From positions 1 through 64,000 of the forward strand of contig NIVC01003090.1 in NCBI GenBank assembly GCA_002269645.1: 64,000 nucleotides of DNA, read 5' to 3'. The position numbers were made by a program, and so were the translations under genes. Of the stretch, positions 37,952 through 49,230 are shown in pieces. The notes below the pieces were generated by a model, which made no database searches, was not told where the DNA came from, and saw only the letters and a list, made by a program, of their open reading frames with translations. This stretch comes from Macrostomum lignano. Taxonomy: Eukaryota. Within the stretch, counting starts at the first letter, position 1, and the number at the start of each line of letters is the position of its first letter.

Positions 37952-39633
37952 TTTCTTCTAGTATGGTGTAAGGAATCTAGTATAGACAGCAGATCAAAGT
38001 CTTTGTGGTGGATGGGGGCAATCTTTGGAGGTTATATGCATGTTGCATAGCAATTATGCATACATTTCTGTGTTTATGATGAATTTGCTAGCCAAATATT
38101 GTCCAAGCTAATGCCCTGTCAAGTTGCGGCAAATGTTCAACTGTCTTCTTCTACTCGTATGAGTAGAAGTGCTGTATCTAAAGCAGCTGATTTTTTTACA
38201 AACGTGCTTCTTGGACTACTGTATAGAATCTACCGCAATTTTAATCTAGTGTGCAAATGTTTACTCAACAACGAGAGTCGAAATTGCTGCAGCCTGGATG
38301 CCGCTATTCTACAGCAACAAGCTTGTTTGTTAACCATTGAGCAACTTGCGTGACCATCTCGTTATTTGCACAAGCTATAGTGCTTGTCCGCTCGTCGACG
38401 ACACGTGCCACGTGAAGAGATGTTTTGATGATGCAGAGAGTTGTGATTATAACCTGCAGTCAGGCACTTACTTCATCTTAACTACATACGAGCGTATGTA
38501 TGGTATTCACATTTTTTTATGTTTGTACATGTATATAATAGTATCAAGGACAAGCAGTAACTTCTATAGTGGTCCTTGAATAGCATCGGGGGCATGGGCC
38601 GGCCCGGTTCGTCTCGTTTGCTAGTTTGCTGCTGAGAGATTAAAACTATTGCCTCCAGCATTAAATATGCATTCACATGCTAATTAAGCCTACATGTACA
38701 CCTTGTTGGAAGTTCTAATGCTTACTACCGAGGTACATCGATCGCGCTATCTTGGAACCGGTCATTTGTTTTTTTCTGGTGCTTTCCGAGTCTATCAAAC
38801 GCTCAATCGCACTGGTCCATCTTTTTCCTCCCTCCATGCAATGCACGTATACATATAAATCCCACCCCCATATTTGTGCCAAACACGCGTTAGAGTATAG
38901 CTTAGAATTTGCGTCTCGGATTCGCTAAAATTTCATGCAGAAGTATTTTTGAAATGAATATTGATATACATGTACAGTACATACTTCCTGTGGGTCATTC
39001 ATTTTTATTTCCCCCCCCCATTTCCAAATATGAGGATTTAGATTTATGACTCACTTACAATATTTTTTATTTAAAAATTAATAAATCTGCAGTTCTGGCG
39101 AATTAATGGCAAAAAGGTAGCTACTCCGGAACAAAAAGTGCACAAATTCTGTTTTTTGTTACTTAGGCGTGAGGAAATGTATCATCAACTTCTAAGGACA
39201 TCGACAATGAAAAGATAGTAAAGTCTTTTTAGCGTCTTGCACAGTAAGAATTACAAAGTAAGAATGCTAATAATTAATGGAGCTTCTTTAAGTTTTGTTT
39301 TGTTACTTACAAGAGATACTTTTAAAAAGTCTAACTGACGATCATTTTTTTAAAGATTTGTATGAATTATCATCGATCTCTATTTATTTATTTATTTATT
39401 ACTACAAGTATTTAACAGTCAGATTGCCTTGGTAATACATTTGGTCTTTTACCAAATAGACTAGGCCTACATAGAATATCTGGCTTATCGGGTCTTGCTA
39501 TGAAGTAGATTAGAATGTATTTCAATATTGCAGTTGTATTGTATATAATCCTTAACCTTGAAATATGGCCATGGGTCTATATTATTTATAAGGCTAGAGT
39601 CGAAATGAAGTGTTATTTGTTTCTCATCATAGG

Positions 39634-39929
39634 CCTACATGCGCAACTGCTGGGCGACCTGGCCACCATAAATTGGGTGTGGGAGTGGTGGGTACCAAAA
39701 ACCATGAGGCAAGCAATTGAGTGCTTGCACTGCTAAAATAAGTGCCTGTGGTGCCAAAATGAGTGCCTGCGGCCCCAAAATGAGTGCCTGCGGCGCTAAA
39801 ATGAGTGCCTGCGGTGTTACAATAAGTGCCTGTGGCACCAAAATAAATGCTTGCGACGTGCCAAAACAAGTGCCTACAGCGCCAAAATGAGTGCCTGTGG
39901 TGCCAAAATAAGTGCTTGTCGTGCCAAAA
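39634..39929 (+). mobile_element. End of a larger hAT-like element: TIR-like CCTACATGCGCAAC plus ~9 copies of a 21-bp subterminal repeat (AAAATGAGTGCCTGCGGCGCC, 39735-39929)
   Basis: Terminal motif matches the TIR of the MITE at 18377 (13/14); tandem repeat read directly; no partner TIR found. Confidence 0.6.
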
Positions 39930-42900
39930 GTGACAATGGCATAAGGCATGGCCAGCCAAGCCAACCCACCCCACCCCAATCGAAATTCCTGACAATGGCA
40001 CTGGATGTTTTGGTGACACCATTGGTCAATTCAGTGACAAGCTTTTTAGACCTTATTTTACTGTTTTTTGTTGGTAAATATTTGAATAAAGCTTTTTTTA
40101 CTAATTTTCTTATTAAAATAAAAAGTTTTAGATGCTATCAAATCATTAATCTTTTGTTTAAATGGGTTTTAAAGCATGAACTTAAAGCAATGTGCATTTT
40201 GTATCTATATTGGCTTTTGTAGTTTTGATAGTTTTATGAAACTAGGCCTAATATAGTTTCAATTTCTTACCTTTAATCATTTTTTTATTTCTTATTTAAT
40301 GTATATGATATCTATTAGAATTTTTAATGCAATAATAATAGGCATCATTCAATTAGCTACAAATATAAATTCAAATGGCTTCTATTAGTTGTCTAAAACT
40401 GTAAAAATGCATATATGTATACATGCATCAATATATGTATCTATATATATATATTCATATATAGATACATATAGATACATATATTAAGACCATTGTACTA
40501 CATTATATCTTATACTAAGAGTTCATTGACTATCTTAAGCTATTATGTTAATTTGTAGCAATAACTAGCAGCAATCGTACCATAAATATGTGGGACAAGA
40601 ACTGCAATATTGACTTCTTTGTGTCCCTAATCATATGCCTTTCTATTTGGGCATGATAAGAAATTGCCGTAAAAGACAAAGGATCAACATACAGTTTGAC
40701 TAACCATTCAAGTGTGCACTTAATAAATGAAATAATTAGTAAGAAATTTATTTTAAAAACTATGTGCAAGGCCCCTCTCAATTTCTTTATAAAATAGTCA
40801 CCATTTAGTCAATTTGAATTCACGCCAAAACTAAGAAACATATTTTGTTTTAATACTTATATTTTCTATAATATTTTGCACTAACAAATTTTTGTTTAAA
40901 ACTGTAGCAAATTTTAGTATAAATAGAAGCGATTTCAGCAGAGGAGAATACAACCTCGCGCATCGGGGTTCCGCAATAAGTGATTGATAGCGAATAGTAA
41001 GAGTTCCGAGAAAATAAGAATTGAAGAAGTGTTTTCTGTGTTATTTCCTTTTACAAAGTAAGGGTGAAATAGACTGAAGCGTATATAGTACATACTATTG
41101 AGAAGCAGCAATATTGAGTAGTAAGAGAATACGAAATAGATCTGAAGTGATACGTGTAAGAATAACCAGAGACTGTGACCCTCTGATCTCGGTAACGCCC
41201 AAGGACTTGCAAAGTACATGAAATACATATACCAATAAGCCAAAATACCGCTCAGGCCAAATTATTAAATAGAACGCTACCAGAATAATAGAATGCTACC
41301 AGAATAACAGAGGAATAAAATCTTTCAGGGCTAATAGTTTTCTAAGAATAATACTCAGACTAAATACCCAGACTAAATATGCAGACTAAATACTCAGACC
41401 TATTCTAAGAAATATTCTCAGACTTATTCTAAGATTAATAAACTCATAATTTATTAATAGAATAGTCTTGGTGGCAGCTACCAACATTTATAAAAACAGG
41501 AGTTTAGCCCTTCGACAACTTTGGTGTCAGCAGTTAAGATTTCTAGAAAGAGCTGAAAGGCCTTTGACAACTACTGTAGTTTGCTCTAGAAATATTGTTA
41601 TAGCCATTATATATGTAAAATACTAGCTGTTATAGTTACCTTGACAATGAGTTTTCTTTACCAAATTCTGTTTTGTCTAGTTATAAGCTTCAATTGAGTT
41701 ATTGAGTTTTAAAATATAGTATATTGCTTTAAAGCAAATTACAATATAGTATAGAGCTGACCAACTGTCTCTCTCCTTTATCCTTCTATCCCCTCTAATT
41801 CTTTTTCTTTACTCTACTTTCTTTCCCACTTATATGTATTGCAGCTCTCTTTTGATTCCTTCATTTGAAGCTTCAAATGCTTAAATAGTCAATATTGTGG
41901 TCAAAAGATATGAAGGGCTCCCCATCATAACCATTTTCTCTATCCCAGGCTGATTCTGCATAGCCATCTCTGATTCCCATATCTACTATACATTGCTACC
42001 TCAATTATTCCTAGAGATCCCTGGCCAAATGCTAAAGTGGTCAATTTTTTGACATAACAGTAGCTATATATAGCTTTATAAAGAAATTGGCATAGAGAAA
42101 TCAGGACCAAATGTTTTGGGCATTCAATATTTTTGACTCTTTATAAAGTTCACACACCTTGAAAAGTATGTTTCAATTGATCCTAGCCTTACATCAATTC
42201 AGATCCCTGCAGAGTGGTTTATCTATATTCATGGGTAAAAAAGGCAGCAATGTTGCAGAGTAATTGTCAACTATATATACATATAAGAGCATAGCAAATT
42301 TCCTTTATTACTTTCATTTCACTCAAGTTTAGTAAAAGCTATATTTGAATATTTATCAATACTTGTTACCAAATTGACTAGCAATATTGTCATAAAAATT
42401 TCCCAAGTTGTCACCAAAATGTCTTGTTATTGAATTGACCTAGGACCAATTTTACCTTTGCAGTTTAGAGATTTATTAATAATAATAACATATTTTATTG
42501 ACTAATTTAGTCATTTCTAAACTTTTCTAACTTTTCATGATTTTAGTTAGCCTATTAGTTTCTAGAGCTCATAGTCTATATCATGGTCATGGCAACCATA
42601 TATGGCTCTGGTCAAAGTTGTCATATTTAAGATTGTCATAATGCAAGTTATAAGAAAAATAGCTAAATTATCTAAATTGTCATTGTCTTAGCATTAGACA
42701 ATGCTGCATTCACTAAATTGTCATATTATGTTTCATTGGCTATGTAAGGATCTTGGCTCTCATAGCAGCAACATGTTCTTGTTTGCCAACAAAATGATTT
42801 TCAACTTTAAATTACATTCATACCATCCACTTAAAGATGCAAAGCCTTGGACTAATTCCTATATTAAAGTTAATAGTCTAACTGAATATTCAAGGTTTAT

Positions 42901-43178
42901 TGAATTGAATATTCAAGGAAACTGAATATTTCAATTGGCACAAAGGGAATTATAGAAAGATTGCATTGTAATGGTTTGATAAGTCTGTAATTAGTTAGAA
43001 GCAGATATATTTTTAAATTTTATTCAAGATATTATTCCTTAGCTGTTAAACAATGTGCTTTAATTTATTCTAAGGTCCTATATATGTTATTATTTAAAAA
43101 ATTAATGCTAAGAATAAGTTGCTTTTATGTTAACTTTTTTATAATATAGGCCCTCTAGCTTATAGCCACACTTAGTAA

Positions 43179-43534
43179 TAAGGATTGACCATGATCATGG
43201 TCACAATCACGAAAAATATGATCACAAGTAAAAAAGTTGTATACAGTTTTTTGCCAATCACAATTAATAAATTTTGTGAAATAAACCTTAATTTTTTAAA
43301 TCATAGCATAACCAAAGCAAACCAAAATTGCAATGTCAGATAATAAGATATAGTCAATCAATAAACATGATAAAACAAAGCTTAAAAATCAATAAAAATT
43401 ATTAGTCTTAATAGTATTAATATTAATATTTCTGCATTTAAATTAAAATGTATATTATAAAAAATTCATAGTCACACAGTTCACACATAGTCTAATTCCA
43501 ATCATGCATAAAATTCATGGTTGGTCAATCCCTA
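43179..43534. mobile_element. 356-bp hAT-type MITE (decayed)
   Basis: TAAGGATTGACC / GGTCAATCCCTA termini (11/12); 8-bp flanks CTTAGTAA and CTTAGGAA (7/8). Confidence 0.65.
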
Positions 43535-44029
43535 CTTAGGAAGGTGTCATGTGTATATGCTAATACTTTTTAGTCTATTTTTTTAAGTGTGTACTATGTG
43601 TAAAGCTATATAATAAAATTTGTGCTGAATAAATATGTTATATCTTGTTCCTAAATACTCTTACTCATATTATCATAGCTGCTATCTATATTTAGGTCAT
43701 AGTGCCCACAAATAAGGAGCCAAGAAGAGCATGAATATGGCAGTTAATAACCTTGGTGATATTTTATTTCTTCAATGCTTTACCATAGAAATCTTAGAAG
43801 AAAGGGTCAAAATGCACTTGTAAAGTAGGCATGTTACCCAATTGAGCAGCTGATCATATACTGGCATTTTAATTCCTAGTGCATCTAATAAAGCTTAGCA
43901 TGTAGCTCAAGCATAGCATTAGCCTGGCTACTAGACATGTACTATATCTTCATTATTGAATGAATAGAATAGAATAGAATGAAATTATTGAATCACTAAA
44001 AAGAATGAACTAGAAATGTGCACTATTTC

Positions 44030-45620
44030 CGTTACACACACCAGTGCCACCTTAATGCAAAGTGTAATCAAGCAGTCAATAAAATACTTGGCTGGCTATC
44101 TCAAACACTTGTAGATTGTTGTATATAAAGGCATAAACTGTAGCCTTATCTAGGTGGTATTAAAACTTGTTGCCAGACTCCAACATGACTTTTAAATAAA
44201 GGCCAAGCTCACATATACTTACTGAGTTTTTACAACTTGTGACATTGACTATGGGGCCTATCATACAAGGCACTAGCCAAGACTCATGCCCAATCTATTT
44301 GATAGTTGAATAGATTGACTATATAGATATAATTTGCAATATACTTTCATGACAGCTAGCTATTGAGTACAAGCTGACATTGCACTTTGCTATTGCATAA
44401 GCCACTTTACTTGGTCAGATTGTGTATATAGCTCAATTTTCACATATACATCATCTGTAGTAAGGAGCTCAATAATTGTAATAGCATCTATAATTGCAGC
44501 AGTAGTAATAGCTACTGAGTGTATCATTGATTTCTATCAATTTATTAATTTCTATTTGCTATCAAGAAGTGCACCTCTTCTTGAAGCAGCTCTGGACAAA
44601 GCCTAAAAATGCAGTCTGGGGAAACACAGCTCATAAGTGCTCCATATTTTTAGCTGAGTGAACCCCCCCCCCCAAAAGTCATGTAAGTTTAATGAACTAA
44701 GTGCATTAAACTTCCTTATTTGGACCTTGGAGTCATGCAAGATAGGCATGACTCAAGGCCAACTTTGAAATAAGGCAATCTTTTCATGCTTTTTATGTGC
44801 TAAAATAGATTTAAGTGGATGAGTCACCTTGTTTATTCCCTATAGGCAGCCTTTGCATTCTGTGTGTGCATGAAGGTAGGGGATAAGTCATTCTGCTATG
44901 CCTCCTTAGTGTAGGTAGGGAAATCATAGTATGTGGCTATGAGTCATTAGGCAATAAACACTTAGGTCTAGCATAGGGTAACCTTCTCTAGATCAAATAG
45001 ACTAGGCTGCTGTATAGCCGAATGCAAAGCCCTTAGGAAAGCTAGTGAATGCTGCTAAATAACTAGTTTATAGCCAGTCACTAAATTCTCCCTGTCCAAA
45101 TTAAATTTTAGCAGCAACACAATGATGCAATTTATTTTTGAAAATTGCAAATGGTAGGTGGTAAAGTCATGGCAATGGCAAGACCACACAGATTTTGTAG
45201 AGTATATATATATATATATTGATTGTTGAAAACAAAATGATTTTTGAAAAAAATGTAGGGATAAATGTGGTTTATAATAGATTTATGTTGCTTAGTGCTT
45301 TTAAAAAGATAGTGTATATAAGTGACATATGCATGTTTTAGTATGAATATTATTAGTAAATATTGATTTTGAATGCAACTGTCCAATTTACATTAAAGTT
45401 TTAATTTAGAAAATGGTAAAAAGAGTGGCAAAAGTTGTTAAAGTTTGACTTTTACTAATTTCTGTTGTGTTAATGTCAGTTTTATTCATTTTGTTTTAAT
45501 AGTGGAGGAAGCAATTAAGTTTGCCTGGCATTTGGGCAGCTTGGCTCAGGAAGAATAACATCTTCAAGACAGCCAGTTCAAGTGAGGTTGTGTGTGGCAG
45601 TTGATGCAGGGAGGCCCGCG
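44030..45620 (-). mobile_element. Second, more decayed copy (B) of the LTR and adjacent 3'UTR; left boundary approximate
   Basis: Colinear with 19400-20470, e.g. CTTCCTTATTTGG, TAGTGAATGCTGCTAAATA, GCCAGTCACTA, AAATTAAATT.TAGCAGCAA. Decayed PPT at ~45086-45096; retains CArG 44714-44723 and AP-1 at 44749, 44820, 44940. Confidence 0.85.
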
Positions 45621-46606
45621 GTGGTGCTAGTAAAATCTTAGTATAACTCTAGCAGCATCTTGCATTAGAATAAAAAACCATGACATTTGTAATGGCAATG
45701 GCTGCTAGTTCCCATAAAGTTTAATAAAGTTTCCAAGGCTTTTTTTGAAAAAAATAATTGTTCTTTAGTGCCATTTTAAGAATCTATCATTCATTTAGAA
45801 TACTAAATGCTAAATATAATATTTAGCATTTTTTCCATTTGATAAGTCTATAGTGCTTCAACCTATGGAATGGCTCTTAAACTAATATTTATATTTTGTG
45901 CAATCATATTAGTAATTAATTTTACTATTCTAGATTTGAAAATATTTGGCACACACCCATTATTTTACATCTGTAATATACACAATCTAGGGAATGCTGA
46001 ATCTCATTTCTAATTCTAACATTTTAGCTAAGGTAAACTAGTTTCAATAGTATTATTTGCATCCCTTAAACAGCCTTTCTAAATAGCTAAAATAGCTGCA
46101 CTATTACAGTTGCCATTATCAACCCACCAACACCAATAATATTATCATCTTCATCCTTTCCTTATTCATCATTGTATATCAGAGGCACTAATCCACTAAA
46201 TCTCAGGTTTTTATGGTTTAGAGGTCTGAGACATTCGCCAATTGGCAATTGGATTTCCAACACAGAAAACCACCAGTCACATGCTTTGAGTTTTTTAAAA
46301 GACAATTGCTGTGCCATTTTCAATTTTGAGTTCAAACTTAGGAGGCCAAATTGATAGCTCAAGATGCCAGCTGACATAAAAAGCTTAAAATCAATTAAAA
46401 CACCAACATCTTTACCCTACACGGAGAAGTATGCAGACTTTATGTTTACAGAATACTAAAGTTTGATTCAGTTCAAAATCATCAGTTTCAAGTCTTCAAT
46501 TTTTTTAGAATCCCAATAAATATACAATGATTTATACTTCAAGTGAAATGAATGACAGAGAAATGAAACTTAAATTAAATAGCATCCAGTTTGGAAAACA
46601 GTTTAA

Positions 46607-46900
46607 GGGTTGTAGCCTAGTGGTTAGAAGTGTCGGACTCACGACTTGAAGGTCGGGAGTTCGATTCCTGGTCCCACTCGGAACAATTTATGTCCTTGAT
46701 CAAGACACTTAACTCTGCATTGCTTTAGTTCACCCAACTGTAAAATGGGGTATCAGCATTAGCTGGGGTAATTAAGGCTGTGTGTGGCGACCCGCCAGTC
46801 CTTGGACTGAACAGCCGTACGCAGCCTTCAGATGCGCCGCCCAATAGCTGCGGCTGAGCTGTCGGTTGCACATCTGGCCATTAGGACAAGTGTAATCAGT
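46607..46900 (+). mobile_element. tRNA-derived SINE with CORE(MIR)-like central domain
   Basis: A box TAGCCTAGTGG, B box GTTCGATTCC, then CCTTGATCAAGACACTTAAC...CTGTAAAATGGG (CORE-like); second copy at 53279-53567. Confidence 0.85.
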
Positions 46901-47025
46901 TAAAGTTGGTGTGTCATCATGACAATAAAACCCAGGTTACGCTTAACAAACAGTCATATTAATAATTGGCAGTGCACATTTTAACCTGCTGAGTTGATTT
47001 AATCAGACTAAGCCGCTGGTAATTC

Positions 47026-49100
47026 ATGCCGACTCCGCACAATAGCATGTCAGCCACCGGTTCAAGCGACGAACTGTGCGCTCAGCACGGCGACCAGCCC
47101 TTCTCAAACTGTTGGCGATTTCATGCCGAGAATCCCGAGGACTGCTGCGACGACCTCACGCCGGGCCCGTCGCCGTCTGGTGGCGAGGACAGATCCCGGT
47201 CGGTGTCGCCCTACTTGCCCGCCAGCGGCCCCGACCAGCGGATCGACGGCGCCGCCGACCAGCCGCCGCCGAAGAAGAAGTCGCGCGGAAAGCAGAAAAT
47301 TAAAATTGAATTCATACAGGATAAGAATAGGCGCTTTACTACGTTTTCGAAGCGTAAGACTGGACTGATGAAGAAGGCGTACGAGCTGGCCTCTCTAACC
47401 GGTGCGCAATCTAAAGCTGCGTCACACTGATCTTTTTTACAATATAAATATCAACCCTACTTATCGATAATAAAAAATTCTCCAGAGACAATCCCAACTG
47501 CAATAAATCTCAAGAATTATCCCCATAAAAATGGTACCTAGGCCAAGAAGCCTCCCAGAGTCGTTGCAAATGGCATAGGTAAAAAGGGAAAGAATTGAGT
47601 CTTAACGAGTCTTAAAACAACGAAATGTCACAGTTCAGGTCGCCCAAGAGTCGCCTTATACTCTGGGGCTGTAGAGTCAGGTTCAAAGTGCATTTGCGTC
47701 GCTTGATTTAGCGGCGTTCTCCAGTCGCTAAAAAGTCGCAAAAGAAGCGCTTTATTGCGTCACTTCTGAGACGCTCTGGGCGTGTTACAGAGTCAGAGTT
47801 ACAGTTACGCAACAAACACTCGGTATAGCCTATGGAACTCTAATTGCACTCTAACTAGCCTACTGAGTTAGTAGAAAGTTTAGCGCTAACACAACGATTA
47901 ATAAATGACTTTCTTCGAGACTCTTACGATTCTACAAGTCACGTGACGCGCTTGTGACGCAACAGTCCCCCCCCAGAGTCGCTAGAGTCACCAGAGTTGT
48001 TTGCAACGACTTTTCAGCAATTCGACCATTACATAATGCCAGGAGCAGTTTCAATCAAATCCTAATAATGCTCTCCTGCATTCCCTGCAGGCGCCCACGT
48101 GCTCCTATTGGTCGCCTCAGAGACCGGCCACGTGTACACCTACACTACAGAGAAGCTGAACAACATGGTGCAATCCAACAATGGCAAGGCTCTGATCCAA
48201 GCCTGCCTCAGCTCGGAGAAGTCGCCAGACGGAGGAGGCAGTGGCGGCGGCATGATGCCCTCACCGGGCGAGGCTGCTTCCCCTGTCGGAGCCGGAAGCG
48301 GTGCCCCCGCGGCTGCTATGCCAGCGGAGCCCCCGCCGCCACCGCCGCCGCCGCCGGCTCAGCTTCCATTTCAGCAGCAGGATCAGGCGTCTGTCTCGCC
48401 TGTGCAGCACCATCAGCAGCAGCACCTTCAGCATCACATGCAGCCACCGCCGCCGCCCCCGCAGCATCCGCTGGCTCAACAGCAGCAACAAGCTCAGCCT
48501 TCTGTGCCTCAGCATCACCAGCAGCATCATCATCATCATCAGCAGCTTCATCATCAGCATCTTCATCATCACCAGCAGCCCGAGCAGCATCCACAGCGAC
48601 AGCCGCCGCAGCAGCATCAGCAGCAGAGCTCGGAATTCCCTATGCCAGTAGTCTCCGTGAGCTCTGTGACCACAGTGAAGCCCGAGATTCCTCTGCCATT
48701 GCTCAGCCACCAGGGCCTCAGCGACCTGCTGTCGCCCGGCGGTCGCGCCGCCGCCGCCGCTGCCGCCGCAGCCGGCAGCTCGCTATCAGACCGGAAGAGC
48801 CACATACCAGCCTCGCTGGACCTGAGCAATCTCAGCAATTTGGCCATGGCCGCCGGCTCTGCTGCCACGCCAACCTCCGCGACATTCTCGCCGGCGCCCG
48901 GCTCCGCCCCGATCCTGCAGATACCGCAGTCGGCGTTCACTTCGACCGAGTTTAATCTGGACTCGCCGAATCTGTTCAGCTTAGGCTACGTGCCCGTCCG
49001 CGGCCCGGACAGCGTCATCTTCCTGCCCATCTCCGTCAATTCTATACCCAACCATCAGGACGCCGCGCCCAACTCTGTGGCCGCCGATCGCAACGCGTAA
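47026..49100 (+). CDS. SRF: SRF-type MADS-box transcription factor (461 aa); exons 47026-47401 and 48091-49100
   Basis: RGKQKIKIEFIQDKNRRFTTFSKRKTGLMKKAYELASLTG|AHVLLLVASETGHVYTYTTEKL..GKALIQACL; phase-1 intron G|GTGCGC...CCCTGCAG|GC; Q/H/P-rich C-terminus. Confidence 0.95.
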
Positions 49101-49230
49101 GATAGAGAGAGAGACAGAGAGAGAGGATTTAACAATAAAACTACTAACAGTCATTGCTGACCCCGTCACTCATTCAATAACGCTTATGCGGATTCATGCT
49201 TTCCCGCTTCACTCTGTTAACTGCCCTTTC

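Noticed and set aside
46607-46680. tRNA gene (also 53495-53567)
   Set aside because: A and B boxes are present, but acceptor and anticodon stems do not pair properly and the head runs into a shared SINE body.
47559-48011. Possible MITE in the SRF intron (12-bp inverted repeat AGTCGTTGCAAA)
   Set aside because: Short match with no TSD and no second copy in the window; insufficient support.
47954-48955. 333-aa ORF overlapping SRF exon 2; similar alternative-frame or antisense ORFs over foxD (61461-62231, 61724-62803) and TRF2
   Set aside because: Off-frame readings of GC-rich low-complexity coding DNA.
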